Shown: positions 1 to 9,575 of the stretch, piece after piece
Layout: every line of letters starts with the position of its first letter
Numbering within the stretch: the stretch's first letter is position 1
DNA from: Candidatus Poribacteria bacterium
GTDB taxonomy: Bacteria; Poribacteria; WGA-4E; WGA-3G
DNA: 64,000 bases
Reading direction: 5' to 3'
Assembly (NCBI GenBank): GCA_022828145.1
Contig: JAJEJA010000061.1
Span: forward strand, 66,081-130,080
Notes under the pieces: generated by a model
Databases searched by the model: none
Told to the model about the DNA's origin: nothing
What the model saw: the letters and a program-made list of their open reading frames with translations, nothing else
Program-made: the position numbers and the translations under genes

Positions 1-26
1 AAAATGGAGCGTTCGTTCGGGATTGG

Positions 27-881
27 ATGCTACAGACTACCAATGATGGCAATGTTAATGTCCTCGTCCTTTACGGTATACTCCCTGCATCTGTCTACGC
101 TGAAGGCGATGGATCCATTGCAGAAAATTGGATTGAAACAACGGATGGAAATACTATTCTGAATCATGCAGAATACATCGGGTATTTTACTGACGTTGGT
201 ACAGGCAACCGCAATGCAGTCACTATCGGTGAGCCTGGATTGCGAAATCTTATGGACAATCCTAATATAACCTCTTTCATTCACGGGCAAGGTTATGATG
301 ATCCTTTGCCAATGATCGTCACATCCGATGGAACTGCATTCACACCGAGTTTAGTCAATTTTGGATCTTACAGACCGATTTCATTAAATCAACTCCGAGG
401 GAGATGGTTTGCTGAAAAGGTCTTTGCCAGCGATACAGGTAATGCTCAGGCAACTTACGCAGACCCTGTCATTGTTCGGGATGGGAATCTGGGGAGACTT
501 GCAATTTTGCACTCCAGCAACCAGCCTGCAGAGTCTAAAAGTCTCCCGAATGGAGAAGTTGCGGCTGAGATAATCAGCAATTATCTCCTTGATGAGGATG
601 CGTCAACTACGGTGGTGCCGCCAGAAAAGCCTACAACACCACCTGTAAGTCCTGTGCCAAACTACTCCCAGATCTATGTGGACGCTGTCAACGGTGTAAA
701 TGCACCCACAGGCAGAGGGTCTGCAGATAAACCGTATAAAACGATTACCTTCGCGCTTTTGATCAGCGAAAGAAATAAACTACCGGATCCGTGGCAAGTG
801 CTTATTCGTCCGGGTACCTACGTAGCGGATCCGTTGAAACCGCAACTGGAACGCGAAGTTTTTCCGAATCAAACTGCGTAA
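27..881 (+). CDS. N-terminal part of a secreted right-handed beta-helix protein. The reading frame is open back to the window edge. It ends in the typical beta-helix entry motif (KPYKTITFAL...IRPGTYVADP), and the same protein continues in the next ORF in a different frame.
   Basis: The ORF is open at the 5' end. Its C-terminal motif matches the start of pectate-lyase-like beta-helix domains. The stop at 879-881 is followed 5 nt later by the +1-frame ORF that carries the rest of the helix. Confidence 0.5.
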   Translation: MLQTTNDGNVNVLVLYGILPASVYAEGDGSIAENWIETTDGNTILNHAEYIGYFTDVGTGNRNAVTIGEPGLRNLMDNPNITSFIHGQGYDDPLPMIVTSDGTAFTPSLVNFGSYRPISLNQLRGRWFAEKVFASDTGNAQATYADPVIVRDGNLGRLAILHSSNQPAESKSLPNGEVAAEIISNYLLDEDASTTVVPPEKPTTPPVSPVPNYSQIYVDAVNGVNAPTGRGSADKPYKTITFALLISERNKLPDPWQVLIRPGTYVADPLKPQLEREVFPNQTA

Positions 882-885
882 TAAT

Positions 886-3081
886 ATGATTTTCTCAGGT
901 ACGACCAATGCAGCAGAGTGTATCATTGACGCACAGCATCTTGACTCTTCAACTGTACCTATTCTCAATGGGTTTAATGTAGGTGGTGTTACCATTCAAA
1001 ACTTGACAATTCGTAACATGAACCGCACCGAACACCATGGCGGTATTGACTTGTGGGATCACACAAACGAGATTACAACCCCTAACCAGATTTTATCTTG
1101 TATTATCCATAACAACCATCCCAATGGTGTTGGCACGAATGTTCCACTTGTGCTTGCAAACAACACTATCAGCGACAATAGGCGCAACGGTGTCTGGTCG
1201 AATACGAACGTCTCTGCGACACACAACATATTCAGTGGAAACGTCGAAATGGGTGTAGAAGATTGGCGTATTCAGGAAGGTGCGCTCCATATTGATGGTG
1301 ATTCATCCGGAGATATTTTTGGCAACACTTTTCAGAATATTGAATCTGACGAAGGTCATGTTTACATTAAAGGTGTGGCTGTTAATGGTACATTAATAGG
1401 TAAGGTTAGCAACAATACTTTTACGGGGGCTGGTTACGGGATCCAGACCCGTCAATTTAGGGGCGACTTTACCAACAATGTCTGTTCTAATACACGAACT
1501 GGGATCGAGACAGGGGATTTCATTGGCAATGTTAGCCACAATACTTTTTTTGATCACCGGGAATATGGGATGTACCTGTCTAATGGCAAATTTACCGGCA
1601 ATATCAACCACAATACCTTTACCAATAGTAAGGGTGGGTTCTATATTAGAGGTAGTGTCATTGGGAATATAGCCTACAATAAATTCATTAGTAATACAGA
1701 TTTGTCTGCTACTTGGCAAACCGGTGGCGGATTTTTAATTGAAAGTTTATCTGGTAATATTACGCATAATCTCTTTGTTGGAAATTCTGCGGCAGGAGCC
1801 GGTGGATTTGTAATACAGAATAACTCCACGAATGAGGTAAAGGTTAGCAACAATATTTTCGTCAACAATAGAGGAACTCAAAAAGGTAGTTGGGATCCAA
1901 GCAACCTTGATGTAGATGCAGTTGGTGATGCGGTTATTACGCGTCACAACACACATTTCATCAACAATCTATTTTTGACAGCATCTGATAAACTTGTCAC
2001 AGACACGTCAGATACAAGTGCTGTTGTGCCTGCGGGTGGCACTGTCTGGGTGAAATCACCAGGGTGTCGTTTTCACAATAATATCTTTTCCGGTGGGCAT
2101 ACCGCTATCTTCATAAAAGGCAACCACGATCTACCCATTACGCACAATCTTTTTCACAGCAACATTCTAAATACCTTTGTGAATCAAGCAGGGAATGCAT
2201 ACGGAATTGAATTAGAGATTTGGGAACTCTTTGCCACGAATGCCAGTGATAACATTGTCGCAAAAGTCCTGCTTATAGAACCAGGCGAAGATCGAGACTA
2301 CCGGCTACAAAATCCCGGGCTTGTGATTGACGCTGGCACAAACGAATTCACACCTGCAGATGACTACAATGGCGATGCAAGACCTGTCGGTGGCACTGTT
2401 GATATTGGTCCCTACGAGTATCCGGAGGAGACCAAAGATGTTACCTTAGTGGAGGCACCTGCCTGGGATGTCAATGAAGATGGTCACGTGAATATCCTGG
2501 ATCTAGTGCTGGTATCACGCTTCTTCGGACTAAGCGATTTTCGTGCTAACCCGCGTGTAGATGTCAATGATGATGGGAGTGTGAATATTTTAGATCTCGT
2601 CGTCGTTGCCGGCCACTTTGGGGAATCCACGGGGGTTTCTGCACCTGCTGATGCTCGGATACCTGAAAATATAGACGCTGGTACGGTTCAGGCTTGGATA
2701 GCACTTGCACAAGTAGCAGACGACGGTTCTGCTGTTTTCCGTGAAGGGATTGCTAATCTCAAGCAGCTACTGGCAGTAAGCACACCGCAAAAGACTGCAC
2801 TGCTGGCAAACTATCCGAATCCGTTCAACCCAGAGACGTGGATACCCTATCAGTTAGCGAATCCAGCAGACGTAAGTATGACAATCTATGCTGCAGATGG
2901 GAAGTTAGTCAGAACGCTAACATTAGGACATCAAGCTGTCGGCAAGTATCATGATCGTAGCCGTGCTGCGTATTGGGATGGCAAAAACGCACAAGGTGAA
3001 GCTGTAGCAAGTGGCGTTTATTTCTACACACTCACCGCAGGCGATTTTTCTGCCACACGCAAGATGTTGATACTGAAGTAA
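886..3081 (+). CDS. Parallel beta-helix repeat protein (NxIxxN repeats). It has a tandem dockerin type-I pair (DVNEDGHVNILDLVLV and DVNDDGSVNILDLVVV, about 2455-2640). It also has a C-terminal T9SS (Por) sorting domain (about 2810-3078).
   Basis: I recognise the repeated beta-helix motifs (NNTISDN.., HNIFSGN.., HNTFT.N..), the two dockerin Ca-binding repeats, and a T9SS C-terminal domain signature (YPNPFNPETWI...GVYFYTL). Confidence 0.75.
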   Translation: MIFSGTTNAAECIIDAQHLDSSTVPILNGFNVGGVTIQNLTIRNMNRTEHHGGIDLWDHTNEITTPNQILSCIIHNNHPNGVGTNVPLVLANNTISDNRRNGVWSNTNVSATHNIFSGNVEMGVEDWRIQEGALHIDGDSSGDIFGNTFQNIESDEGHVYIKGVAVNGTLIGKVSNNTFTGAGYGIQTRQFRGDFTNNVCSNTRTGIETGDFIGNVSHNTFFDHREYGMYLSNGKFTGNINHNTFTNSKGGFYIRGSVIGNIAYNKFISNTDLSATWQTGGGFLIESLSGNITHNLFVGNSAAGAGGFVIQNNSTNEVKVSNNIFVNNRGTQKGSWDPSNLDVDAVGDAVITRHNTHFINNLFLTASDKLVTDTSDTSAVVPAGGTVWVKSPGCRFHNNIFSGGHTAIFIKGNHDLPITHNLFHSNILNTFVNQAGNAYGIELEIWELFATNASDNIVAKVLLIEPGEDRDYRLQNPGLVIDAGTNEFTPADDYNGDARPVGGTVDIGPYEYPEETKDVTLVEAPAWDVNEDGHVNILDLVLVSRFFGLSDFRANPRVDVNDDGSVNILDLVVVAGHFGESTGVSAPADARIPENIDAGTVQAWIALAQVADDGSAVFREGIANLKQLLAVSTPQKTALLANYPNPFNPETWIPYQLANPADVSMTIYAADGKLVRTLTLGHQAVGKYHDRSRAAYWDGKNAQGEAVASGVYFYTLTAGDFSATRKMLILK

Positions 3082-3084
3082 TTC

Positions 3085-3142
3085 ATTGTCTGAACCAGGA
3101 TTGACCAAGATTTACAAGATTGACCAGGATTTTCAAGATAAG
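3085..3142. repeat. Solo copy of the terminal region of the MITE-D family (GTCTGAACCAGGATT...), inverted relative to the right end of the element at 45960-46287.
   Basis: Sequence similarity seen by eye to 46236-46287 (reverse complement) and to 45960-46010. Confidence 0.45.
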
Positions 3143-3421
3143 AATCTGTATCATCAAGATAAACTGCAATGCCAACTTTTTCTATTGTCTTGTTGGTACC
3201 AGTCTCTTATCCTGGAAATCTGTAATTCCTGGTTAAGACAATATTTAGATTTTAGGATTAGTGGAGCGTTAAACTAAATAGTCCTGCTATACTTGATATA
3301 TATATATTGACGTGAACCAAAAATTATGTTACTATTATAGAGTAAAATGTCTGCACTGTGTTGGACATTGATTCATGGATTGTTATTTGCGATAAAGCGA
3401 CACAATTGTATTGGAGGAAAA

Positions 3422-4213
3422 ATGAGAAAAAGATTCGATTGCTTTGCGACTTTGGGTGTTTTTTTATTGGTTTTCTCTCTTGTATTCACGTTCCAAATTG
3501 AAGCGGAGATTGAGCGTGGGACTGCTATAGGCATTTGGCTTCTTGATGAAGGTAGTGGCATAACCATTAACGATAGTTCTGGAAATAAGAATCATGGTGA
3601 GTTAACGGGTGGAAAATGGGTTGATGGTCCCTCTGGACCCGCATTGAGTTTGAATGGTGTAGATGACCGAGTGATCGTTCCAGATTCCGACAGTTTATAT
3701 GCTGACAAAGCCTGGACAATTACCGCTTGGGTTAATGTGAATGCTGCTGAGAATAGTTATGGACATATAATTGGTAAGAGAGATGATACTGCTGGAACAG
3801 CTAACTATGCGTTTCGTACAAATAGCGGTGGTAGTGGTTGGGAAGCATATTTTAGATTGAACGGTTGGAAAGGTGCATGGAACCAAGGAAGTGTGAAGAA
3901 AAATCAGTGGGTGTATATGACAGCTACTTATGACGGAACGAACACCATCACAATTTACGAAAATGGTTCACAAATTAGTGCTGTAAACGTTGGGGGACCT
4001 CCTCCTCGTGGAAATGCGGATGTTCATATTGGCGGTTGGACAAACAACACTTCTGAAACATTAAATGGCATGCTTTATGATGTTGCTATTCTTAGTGTTG
4101 CATTATCCGAAGATGATATAAATGATCTGATGGATAATGGTATCGGAACACTACTACCTGTAGAACCTGCTGGCAAACTTGCAACAACTTGGGGTCGTCT
4201 TAAAGTTAAATAG
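3422..4213 (+). CDS. Secreted LamG/concanavalin-A-like lectin (LamG_3-type jellyroll) domain protein.
   Basis: Signal peptide at the internal ATG 3422 with GGAGG upstream. Classic LamG_3 motifs are present (GIWLLDEGSG..., NHGELTGGKWVDGP.G.ALSLNG.DDRV, WTITAWVN, HIGGW). Confidence 0.7.
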   Translation: MRKRFDCFATLGVFLLVFSLVFTFQIEAEIERGTAIGIWLLDEGSGITINDSSGNKNHGELTGGKWVDGPSGPALSLNGVDDRVIVPDSDSLYADKAWTITAWVNVNAAENSYGHIIGKRDDTAGTANYAFRTNSGGSGWEAYFRLNGWKGAWNQGSVKKNQWVYMTATYDGTNTITIYENGSQISAVNVGGPPPRGNADVHIGGWTNNTSETLNGMLYDVAILSVALSEDDINDLMDNGIGTLLPVEPAGKLATTWGRLKVK

Positions 4214-4299
4214 ACGCCTTTCACATAAGTGAACTTGGGTGTAATTGATTACAGCCATAAGCATCAATTTAAGGGATAAATCTGTTGAGATAGTGCCTT

Positions 4300-4760
4300 C
4301 AGTCCCTACCAAATCAACGCCAAATGCGCGTTTGGCATTTGGCGGGCCTAAAAAAACGGGTGTTCAACCATGATCTATAAACATATCGTCCCTACGGGAC
4401 TGAGGATACTATTAGATTATGTTTATCTTCTTAAAGTGACGTCTATAGTGGTTGCAGAAAGAAGCACAATCAAGGATGAATGTGCTACGGTCATAATTAA
4501 GATGAATGAGTACAGAGAAGCACAATCAAGGATGAATCGGTTGTACAAAGAAGCACAATCAAGGATGAATGTGCTACGGTCATGGTTTTGGCAATCGTTA
4601 AATTGACGCATAAGGTAGAATACACGTTTGGTCATCTGCATTGATTGGGAAATCGCACCTACCGGCCTGGGAACGTCACTAAATTGACGTATAAGGTGCG
4701 GTTTCCTGACCTAACCTACCGGCACTGGAAGGACGGTAAATTGTCTGATTCAGGGTTGAT
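4300..4760. repeat. Repeat-rich non-coding region. It has three direct copies of AGAAGCACAATCAAGGATGAAT (4467, 4517, 4549). It has a REP-C copy (4377-4409). It has CGTTTGG motifs and a half-copy of the REP-F arm (GGGAAATCGCACCTACC, 4648-4663).
   Basis: Repeats seen directly in the sequence. There is no convincing ORF, and the 78-aa ORF 4370-4606 simply spans the repeats. Confidence 0.5.
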
Positions 4761-4782
4761 ACTTAAAACGTAAATTACCCGT

Positions 4783-6393
4783 TCACCTCATAACAGCCAA
4801 TTTCCTCAAAATAGTATACGTTTCACCTTTTACTTCTACAGTAATCTGACAGACATATATCCCAGCAGAAACTGCTAATCCATACGCAGTCTGCTGATTC
4901 CACCATGTTCGCCATATACGACTGTCAATTCTATCAGATACGCCATCTATCCTTTTTATCAAACTACCCTTCACATCAAATACATTAACGCTCATATCCG
5001 TTATCTCCAGATTACCTTCAACCCGAAATTCGGTCTGATTGCTGATCCTAACAGGATTCGGATAGATATTTACATCCTTCCAGACGAAAGCTTCATCCAG
5101 TACAACGGATCGCCTGACAGAGTTTGCGCCTAAGGGAAAGAGTGCAATGACAATCAGGTTATTTGCCCCAGGAGACAACGGGACAGTAGCAGTGTATGTC
5201 TGTTTCTCTTTATCTAACTTTGCAACGACCTTACTCGGGTGAAATACGATCTCTATCGGATAGTCAGCCTTGTAAGTGCCGGTGACTTGAAGCGGATTCT
5301 GCTTGACGAGAGCAGGTAATTCAACCGTAATCTGTGGTAACGCACGGTCTGCATGAAACATATTGGTCAGTAAGTTGTCAAGCGTTACTAAAACTAATTG
5401 CGTCACTTTGCTGACTAAACTAAAGTTAACTTTGTCAACAGTATCTCTAAAGGTGTGATAATAAGGATTTGCATCGTAATTCTGTGAATCACGCCACGGT
5501 GTTGAACTTTCAATCAATGTAACGGCTGGATAACCTACATCCCAAAAAGATTTGTGTGACGAAATATCAATAAATTCATCTTGTGTCCTTCTAATTTTTA
5601 GTCCGATTTCATACCATGAGTTGGATATTGTCAATGCCCGACTAATCCAGGCGGAATTTCTATTTGTAATCACCTCTACCAGTTCGCTTTTCCAGTTGAA
5701 TCCAATCATATCTAAATTGATAACAGCTGTTATTCTTCCTGAAATCGCAAAATGTGTGTCGGTTAATGTATTACGACTTGTATCACCAGAATGGATAGAA
5801 TCCTGAATGAAATTATAGCTGCCTTGAAAATCAAGTTCCTCGCCCCCAAGAGCGATAAAAATCAGATCGTGGTCGTATTCATACTGGCTTAAGATGTTAG
5901 CAATTTCCAGTAAGGCAGCAATACCTGTGCCGTTCTTATTTGCTCCTGGTGCTTTGGATGATAACGGATTCCAATCCGGTTCACGGACAGCGCGGGTGTC
6001 GTAATGTGCACAGATGATAAACACTCGATCACTGATAGATGTCTGTTTTTTTGGCAGCATAGCGATTACATTACGTATACCCCCTACATTCTGTTCAGCC
6101 ATAAGTAAACGTTTCGATCTACTTAGTATCCTCTTGATATAATTTACAGCAGAGTCTGTTGCGTCCCGATGGTGTGCACTTCGGGTGTTGTACGCTTCTT
6201 TAGCAAGATTGAAAGCGACATTCTCCTGCAAGGAAGTAACATGTGAAACTAAGGCATCTTTCTGCACTTTGGATATTAGCTCCTCACCTCGATCTGCCGA
6301 AGCAGTAAACAGAAAATAGAACGAGGACAGTATAACCATCAAGGTTATCACGTTTTTATGAGGTGGATTTGATTGACTTAATTGTCTTGACAT
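4783..6393 (-). CDS. M28-family zinc aminopeptidase with a C-terminal T9SS sorting domain.
   Basis: Signal peptide. M28 metal-binding motifs are present (HYDT, NKNGTGIAALLE, GGEELDFQGS). The C-terminal T9SS domain reads YPNPV...GIYVCQI. Confidence 0.8.
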   Translation of the reverse strand: MSRQLSQSNPPHKNVITLMVILSSFYFLFTASADRGEELISKVQKDALVSHVTSLQENVAFNLAKEAYNTRSAHHRDATDSAVNYIKRILSRSKRLLMAEQNVGGIRNVIAMLPKKQTSISDRVFIICAHYDTRAVREPDWNPLSSKAPGANKNGTGIAALLEIANILSQYEYDHDLIFIALGGEELDFQGSYNFIQDSIHSGDTSRNTLTDTHFAISGRITAVINLDMIGFNWKSELVEVITNRNSAWISRALTISNSWYEIGLKIRRTQDEFIDISSHKSFWDVGYPAVTLIESSTPWRDSQNYDANPYYHTFRDTVDKVNFSLVSKVTQLVLVTLDNLLTNMFHADRALPQITVELPALVKQNPLQVTGTYKADYPIEIVFHPSKVVAKLDKEKQTYTATVPLSPGANNLIVIALFPLGANSVRRSVVLDEAFVWKDVNIYPNPVRISNQTEFRVEGNLEITDMSVNVFDVKGSLIKRIDGVSDRIDSRIWRTWWNQQTAYGLAVSAGIYVCQITVEVKGETYTILRKLAVMR

Positions 6394-6424
6394 TTGAAGG
6401 AAAAATTGTTATTATGTTCATGTT

Positions 6425-6567
6425 AACGTGAGTTTGATAAAACACATTGTAGGACAAACTTTCAGTTTGTTTCATAGCACACAAACTAGAAAGTTTGTGC
6501 TACAAGGCGGTTCTTGGGACAAAATACTGCTTATAGGACTGACATCTTTTATTATCAAACTAGCGTT
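6425..6567. mobile_element. MITE-A copy 1. It has imperfect 16-bp terminal inverted repeats (AACGTGAGTTTGATAA / TTATCAAACTAGCGTT) around a long internal hairpin.
   Basis: TIRs and an internal inverted repeat seen in the sequence. It is the same family as 40659-40823. Confidence 0.5.
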
Positions 6568-6693
6568 ATATTAAAGAATGTTTTCTTGAAAATGGAGAAC
6601 TTTTGTCCGCAATACCATTACATCTTGATTCTATCAATAATTTTGAAACATTGCAAACAAAGATTTGCCATGTAATATTTATATTTAAGCAAC

Positions 6694-7653
6694 ATGCCTG
6701 CTAATCTACCACCGACCTACTATAAACTAAAGCATCAGCATGAATCGGCAAAGTCAGATGAGGAACGACTCGGTCTATTAGAAGAAATGCTAAGTATTGT
6801 TCCAAAGCACAAAGGGACTGAAAAGGTCGTCTCCGATTTACGAAAACGTATTGCTGTTTTGAAGAAAGGTGCTTCAGGTAAATTAGGAAAGGGTGGCGGT
6901 AGAAAAGGCTATAGCGAACATATACCAAAACAGGGGGCCGGACAGATCGTCATGTTCGGTCCACCCAATAGTGGTAAATCACAGATTCTTGCAAAATATA
7001 CAAAGGCAAAATCGGAAGTATCTCCAACACCCTACACCACCACAGTACCAGTCGTCGGTATGTTACAATATGAGAATATACAGTTCCAACTTATTGACAC
7101 CCCTTCAATTATGCAGGATTTTATTGCTTCTACGGTATTGACACTCCTTAGAAATTGCGATCTCTGTCTAACTATTATCAGTTTAGCAAGTGATAGTCTA
7201 TTAGACGAGTTGGAACTCGTGCTGACGACATTGAATGAACAGAACGGAGATGCAGATGAACCGACCATACCATTTTTGGTTGCAGCAAATCAGTTGGATG
7301 CTGAAGGTGCAAGGGACAGATTAGAAATCTTACAAGAGTTTTATGAGGAAAAGTTCAAAATCTATCCAGTATCAGCGGAAACAGGTGATGGTATAGATGC
7401 GCTGTTTAAAGGCATATACGACACACTAAATATCGTCCGAGTCTATCCAAAAGCACCGGGTAAGAAGTTAGAACGAGATGATCCAATTGTACTGCCCAAC
7501 GGATCAACTGTGCTTGATGCTGCGATGGGATTACACAAAGATTTTGAGGATTTCAAACTTGCTCGGATATGGGGTCCTAATTGGCACGATGGACAACCTG
7601 TTAGCCGAAATGATGTCATCTATGATGGAGATGTCGTAGAATTTCATCTGTAA
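6694..7653 (+). CDS. P-loop GTPase with a C-terminal TGS domain. It is DRG/Obg-like, with an N-terminal lysine-rich helix as in DRG proteins.
   Basis: G1 motif GPPNSGKSQ, G3 motif DTPS and an NKxD-like NQLD are present. The TGS-like C-terminus reads RVYPKAPGKK...PIVLPNGSTVLDAA...DVVEF. Confidence 0.65.
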   Translation: MPANLPPTYYKLKHQHESAKSDEERLGLLEEMLSIVPKHKGTEKVVSDLRKRIAVLKKGASGKLGKGGGRKGYSEHIPKQGAGQIVMFGPPNSGKSQILAKYTKAKSEVSPTPYTTTVPVVGMLQYENIQFQLIDTPSIMQDFIASTVLTLLRNCDLCLTIISLASDSLLDELELVLTTLNEQNGDADEPTIPFLVAANQLDAEGARDRLEILQEFYEEKFKIYPVSAETGDGIDALFKGIYDTLNIVRVYPKAPGKKLERDDPIVLPNGSTVLDAAMGLHKDFEDFKLARIWGPNWHDGQPVSRNDVIYDGDVVEFHL

Positions 7654-7687
7654 TTATAAACTACTATATTATTAAATTGGAGAAAAT

Positions 7688-7936
7688 GTGAACATCAAAA
7701 TTCAGAACCTTGAAGGGAAAGATGGAATCTGTGTCTCAAAGAATCTGTTGGATTCAGCACAGATCAAAGCAGATGAGGAAGTACAAGTTACCATTCAGAA
7801 TGGTAGAATAATTGTTGAATCTGCTGCTAAAGCAATCAAGCGGATTAAATTAAGGGAATTAGTATCAAAAATGCCTAAAGACTATAAACCTATGGAATTA
7901 GATTGGGGTAAACCTGTAGGAAAAGAGGTGTGGTAG
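7688..7936 (+). CDS. mazE: MazE/AbrB-family antitoxin-like protein (SpoVT/AbrB fold), with a GTG start.
   Basis: The C-terminal LDWGKPVGKEVW matches the MazE signature IDWGEPKDKEVW. It is 82 aa long. No mazF follows. Confidence 0.6.
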   Translation: MNIKIQNLEGKDGICVSKNLLDSAQIKADEEVQVTIQNGRIIVESAAKAIKRIKLRELVSKMPKDYKPMELDWGKPVGKEVW

Positions 7937-7973
7937 ATGCCTGATTATAGATTATTTCCTCTTTGACAGACAC

Positions 7974-9575
7974 ATGATAAAATTAAATAAATCTCCCTTT
8001 AAATATCTTGTCTACTCGTGCAGCATACACATGATTATTCTATTATGTCTATGGTGGTTGAATCCTATTGTTGAAACCCCACTGCCTGATGACGGTTCTT
8101 TAGAAGTGGAACTTTTTAACTTACCTCGAACTAACTTAATTAGACCACCTAAACCACTTGATGAACCGATTAAGACTAAGACTGAACCCACTGTTGAAGT
8201 AAAGGTTGAAATACCACATATCCCAAAACCAACGATAAACCTGCAATCGGAATGGAATGTTAGTGCCAGTGATAGTAACAGTAAGGGCGAAACGCATACT
8301 GTAAGGGATATACATAAGACGAATACTGGCAAACCGAAACCTGATGGCGTTTCTAAGCACAATTACGCACGCAGATCACCTATACATGTTTCCGATCTAC
8401 AAAAGATTCGCACAACACCCGAAAGTGTCAATAGAGAAACGTTGTCGTTATCACGTTCAACAGGAACAGGAAATGAGGATATTCAAGAAGATACTAAAAA
8501 AGTAGAATTTGATATAAAGAACACATTAAGCGGTATTTCACCATCCGTGAATGCCCCAAATGTACAGTATAAAAGCAGGCGGGGTGATGCATTACGTGCA
8601 ACCAGCATAGGTAATAATTGGGGTGGAAGTAGTAGCTCAGGCGGCACTAAAACTACAGGGTCATACATCAAGATGATGAAAGCTATCGCTGATGAACTCA
8701 TCAAAGCAAACACTTCAGAAAAGGTTGATCTCATACTATTAATTGATGAAACTGCAAGTATGGTTGACAATATACGCGGCATACGTGCCTATTTCGATCT
8801 GATTTTTGACGCTTTTGAAAGAAACAGAATTGATGTTAACTATGGACTGGTGACATTTACAGACAGAACTAAAACCTTCGGATTTACTGATGACTTCGGC
8901 AAATTCAATAACTGGATGTTTAAAATAGATGTAGACCATGGGGGGGACCTGTCAGAAGCGGGATTAGATGCACTGATGGATGCTGTGAATACGTTCAAAT
9001 TCCGTAAGAATGCACAGCGACATTTCATTTATGCCAGTGATGCTGCGTTTCATGATGCAGATTACGATGGGAAATCCCGCTATAGCCTGGATGAGGTAAT
9101 TGCGAGCCTACAAAAGAATGCTATCAGGGTTGATGTGATTGGACTCGACTATCTCCCAATCAAGCAAATTGCTCTTGCAACAGAGGGGACTTGGCGTGCT
9201 ATACCAGGGAAGGGTTACCTTGAATATGTTCCCCCGATAACACAGACCGAGAAAATGCTGTCAAAATTAGGGACACTTAGCATTGATGGTAATACGCATG
9301 TGTCCGATATGATAAATGTGCATATTAACAATCCACCACGTCCTAAGCAGTTAACACTCACTTGGAAGGTACTGAATCCATTAGGTGAAAGGTGCTACGG
9401 TCCCTTTACACAGGAGACAGAGATACCAAATGATACGTCAACGATTATTAGATTAAATCCAAAACTCGATCAGGCTTCTTTTCAAACCATACCTGGAACC
9501 TACACGGTCATTTATAAACTGGAAAATGATAGAGGACACAAGAGTATTCTAAGGAGAGCCATTAAATATCAATGA
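7974..9575 (+). CDS. Membrane-anchored von Willebrand factor A (vWA) domain protein.
   Basis: N-terminal TM helix. The vWA domain carries a MIDAS-like DETAS motif (LILLIDETASM...GLVTFTD...GGDLSEAGLDAL). Confidence 0.6.
   Translation: MIKLNKSPFKYLVYSCSIHMIILLCLWWLNPIVETPLPDDGSLEVELFNLPRTNLIRPPKPLDEPIKTKTEPTVEVKVEIPHIPKPTINLQSEWNVSASDSNSKGETHTVRDIHKTNTGKPKPDGVSKHNYARRSPIHVSDLQKIRTTPESVNRETLSLSRSTGTGNEDIQEDTKKVEFDIKNTLSGISPSVNAPNVQYKSRRGDALRATSIGNNWGGSSSSGGTKTTGSYIKMMKAIADELIKANTSEKVDLILLIDETASMVDNIRGIRAYFDLIFDAFERNRIDVNYGLVTFTDRTKTFGFTDDFGKFNNWMFKIDVDHGGDLSEAGLDALMDAVNTFKFRKNAQRHFIYASDAAFHDADYDGKSRYSLDEVIASLQKNAIRVDVIGLDYLPIKQIALATEGTWRAIPGKGYLEYVPPITQTEKMLSKLGTLSIDGNTHVSDMINVHINNPPRPKQLTLTWKVLNPLGERCYGPFTQETEIPNDTSTIIRLNPKLDQASFQTIPGTYTVIYKLENDRGHKSILRRAIKYQ

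Noticed and set aside
4370-4606. A 78-aa ORF (4370-4606) across the 22-bp direct repeats.
   Set aside because: Its protein consists of repeated EAQSRMN units produced by the DNA repeats. It is more likely non-coding.
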